From: Moniliella sp. 'wahieum'
Lineage: Eukaryota
DNA length: 64,000 nucleotides
Assembly: GCA_003971905.1 (NCBI GenBank)
Contig: RSEE01000023.1
Coordinates: forward strand, 372,001 to 436,000
Direction of reading: 5' to 3'
Both the position numbers and the translations under genes were made by a program. Of the stretch, positions 63,521 through 64,000 are shown piece after piece (the stretch's first letter is position 1; every line of letters starts with the position of its first letter). The notes under the pieces are model-generated. The model did not search any database. It saw nothing but the letters and a program-made list of their open reading frames with translations, and was not told the DNA's origin.

Positions 63521-63973
63521 ATGGGTCGTATGTACGGTAAGGGTAAGGGCATTTCGTCCTCGGCGCTGCCCTACAGGCGCTCGCCTCCCTCCTGGCTCAA
63601 GGCCACCCTGAGGAGGTCGCCAACCAGATCTTCAAGCTGGCGCGCAAGGGTCTTACCCCCTCGCAGATTGGTGTTCAGCTCCGTGACTCGCAGGGCATTG
63701 CTCAGGTGCGCTTTGTGACGGGTAACAAGATCCTCCGTATCCTCAAGTCGGAGGGCCTTGCGCCCCAGATCCCTGAGGACCTGTACCACCTCATCAAGAA
63801 GGCTGTGTCTGTGCGCAAGCACCTCGAGCGCAACCGCAAGGACATGGACTCGAAATTCCGCCTGATTCTCATCGAGTCGCGCATCCACCGCCTGACGCGT
63901 TACTACAAGGCCAAGGGCCGTGCCCCCTACCTTCAAGTACGAGTCGGCGACCGCCTCCACTCTGGTTGCCTAA
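63521..63973 (+). CDS. RPS13: 40S ribosomal protein S13 (uS15); predicted 5'-UTR intron 63425-63514
   Basis: [80 protein letters not shown]. Confidence 0.97.
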
Positions 63974-64000
63974 GCCCGTCCAGCACCCCTTTTCGTGTCG

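Noticed and set aside
1..64000. Secondary-metabolite cluster or intact mobile element
   Set aside because: No PKS, NRPS, terpene synthase, transposase, reverse transcriptase, integrase or LTR/TIR pair was recognised.

Overview
Eukaryotic, GC-rich, intron-poor fungal DNA, most consistent with a basidiomycete (probably Ustilaginomycotina; inferred from gene sequences, short GT..CTRAC..YAG introns and intronless ribosomal protein CDSs). About 23 protein genes and one intron-containing tRNA-Ile(AAT) are recognisable: MFS transporter (partial), C2H2 TF, DUF4097-like protein, DUF726 protein, GH16 Crh-type transglycosylase, ENA-type P2D ATPase, AN1 zinc-finger protein, bZIP TF, isocitrate lyase, F-box-like protein, HAL/NPR kinase, RPL2, forkhead TF, SET methyltransferase, NRK, Aurora kinase, CHY zinc finger, RhoGAP, Dad2, GDXG hydrolase, RPS6 and RPS13. 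Nearly every CDS, including essential ones, has 1-bp indels, which points to unpolished long-read consensus, so gene ends are approximate. The standout unexplained signal is non-coding. Intergenic DNA across the window carries clusters of 7-bp-period units with the grammar TNA+[4-bp palindrome]+TNA. At least 12 different palindromic cores occur, and they swap within one unbroken 7-bp register. Other notable items are a dense PacC/Rim101 site cluster before ENA, AACCCTA boxes shared by the ribosomal protein promoters, three Aurora-consensus RPSVFL repeats in Dad2, and a forkhead domain with a non-canonical recognition helix.
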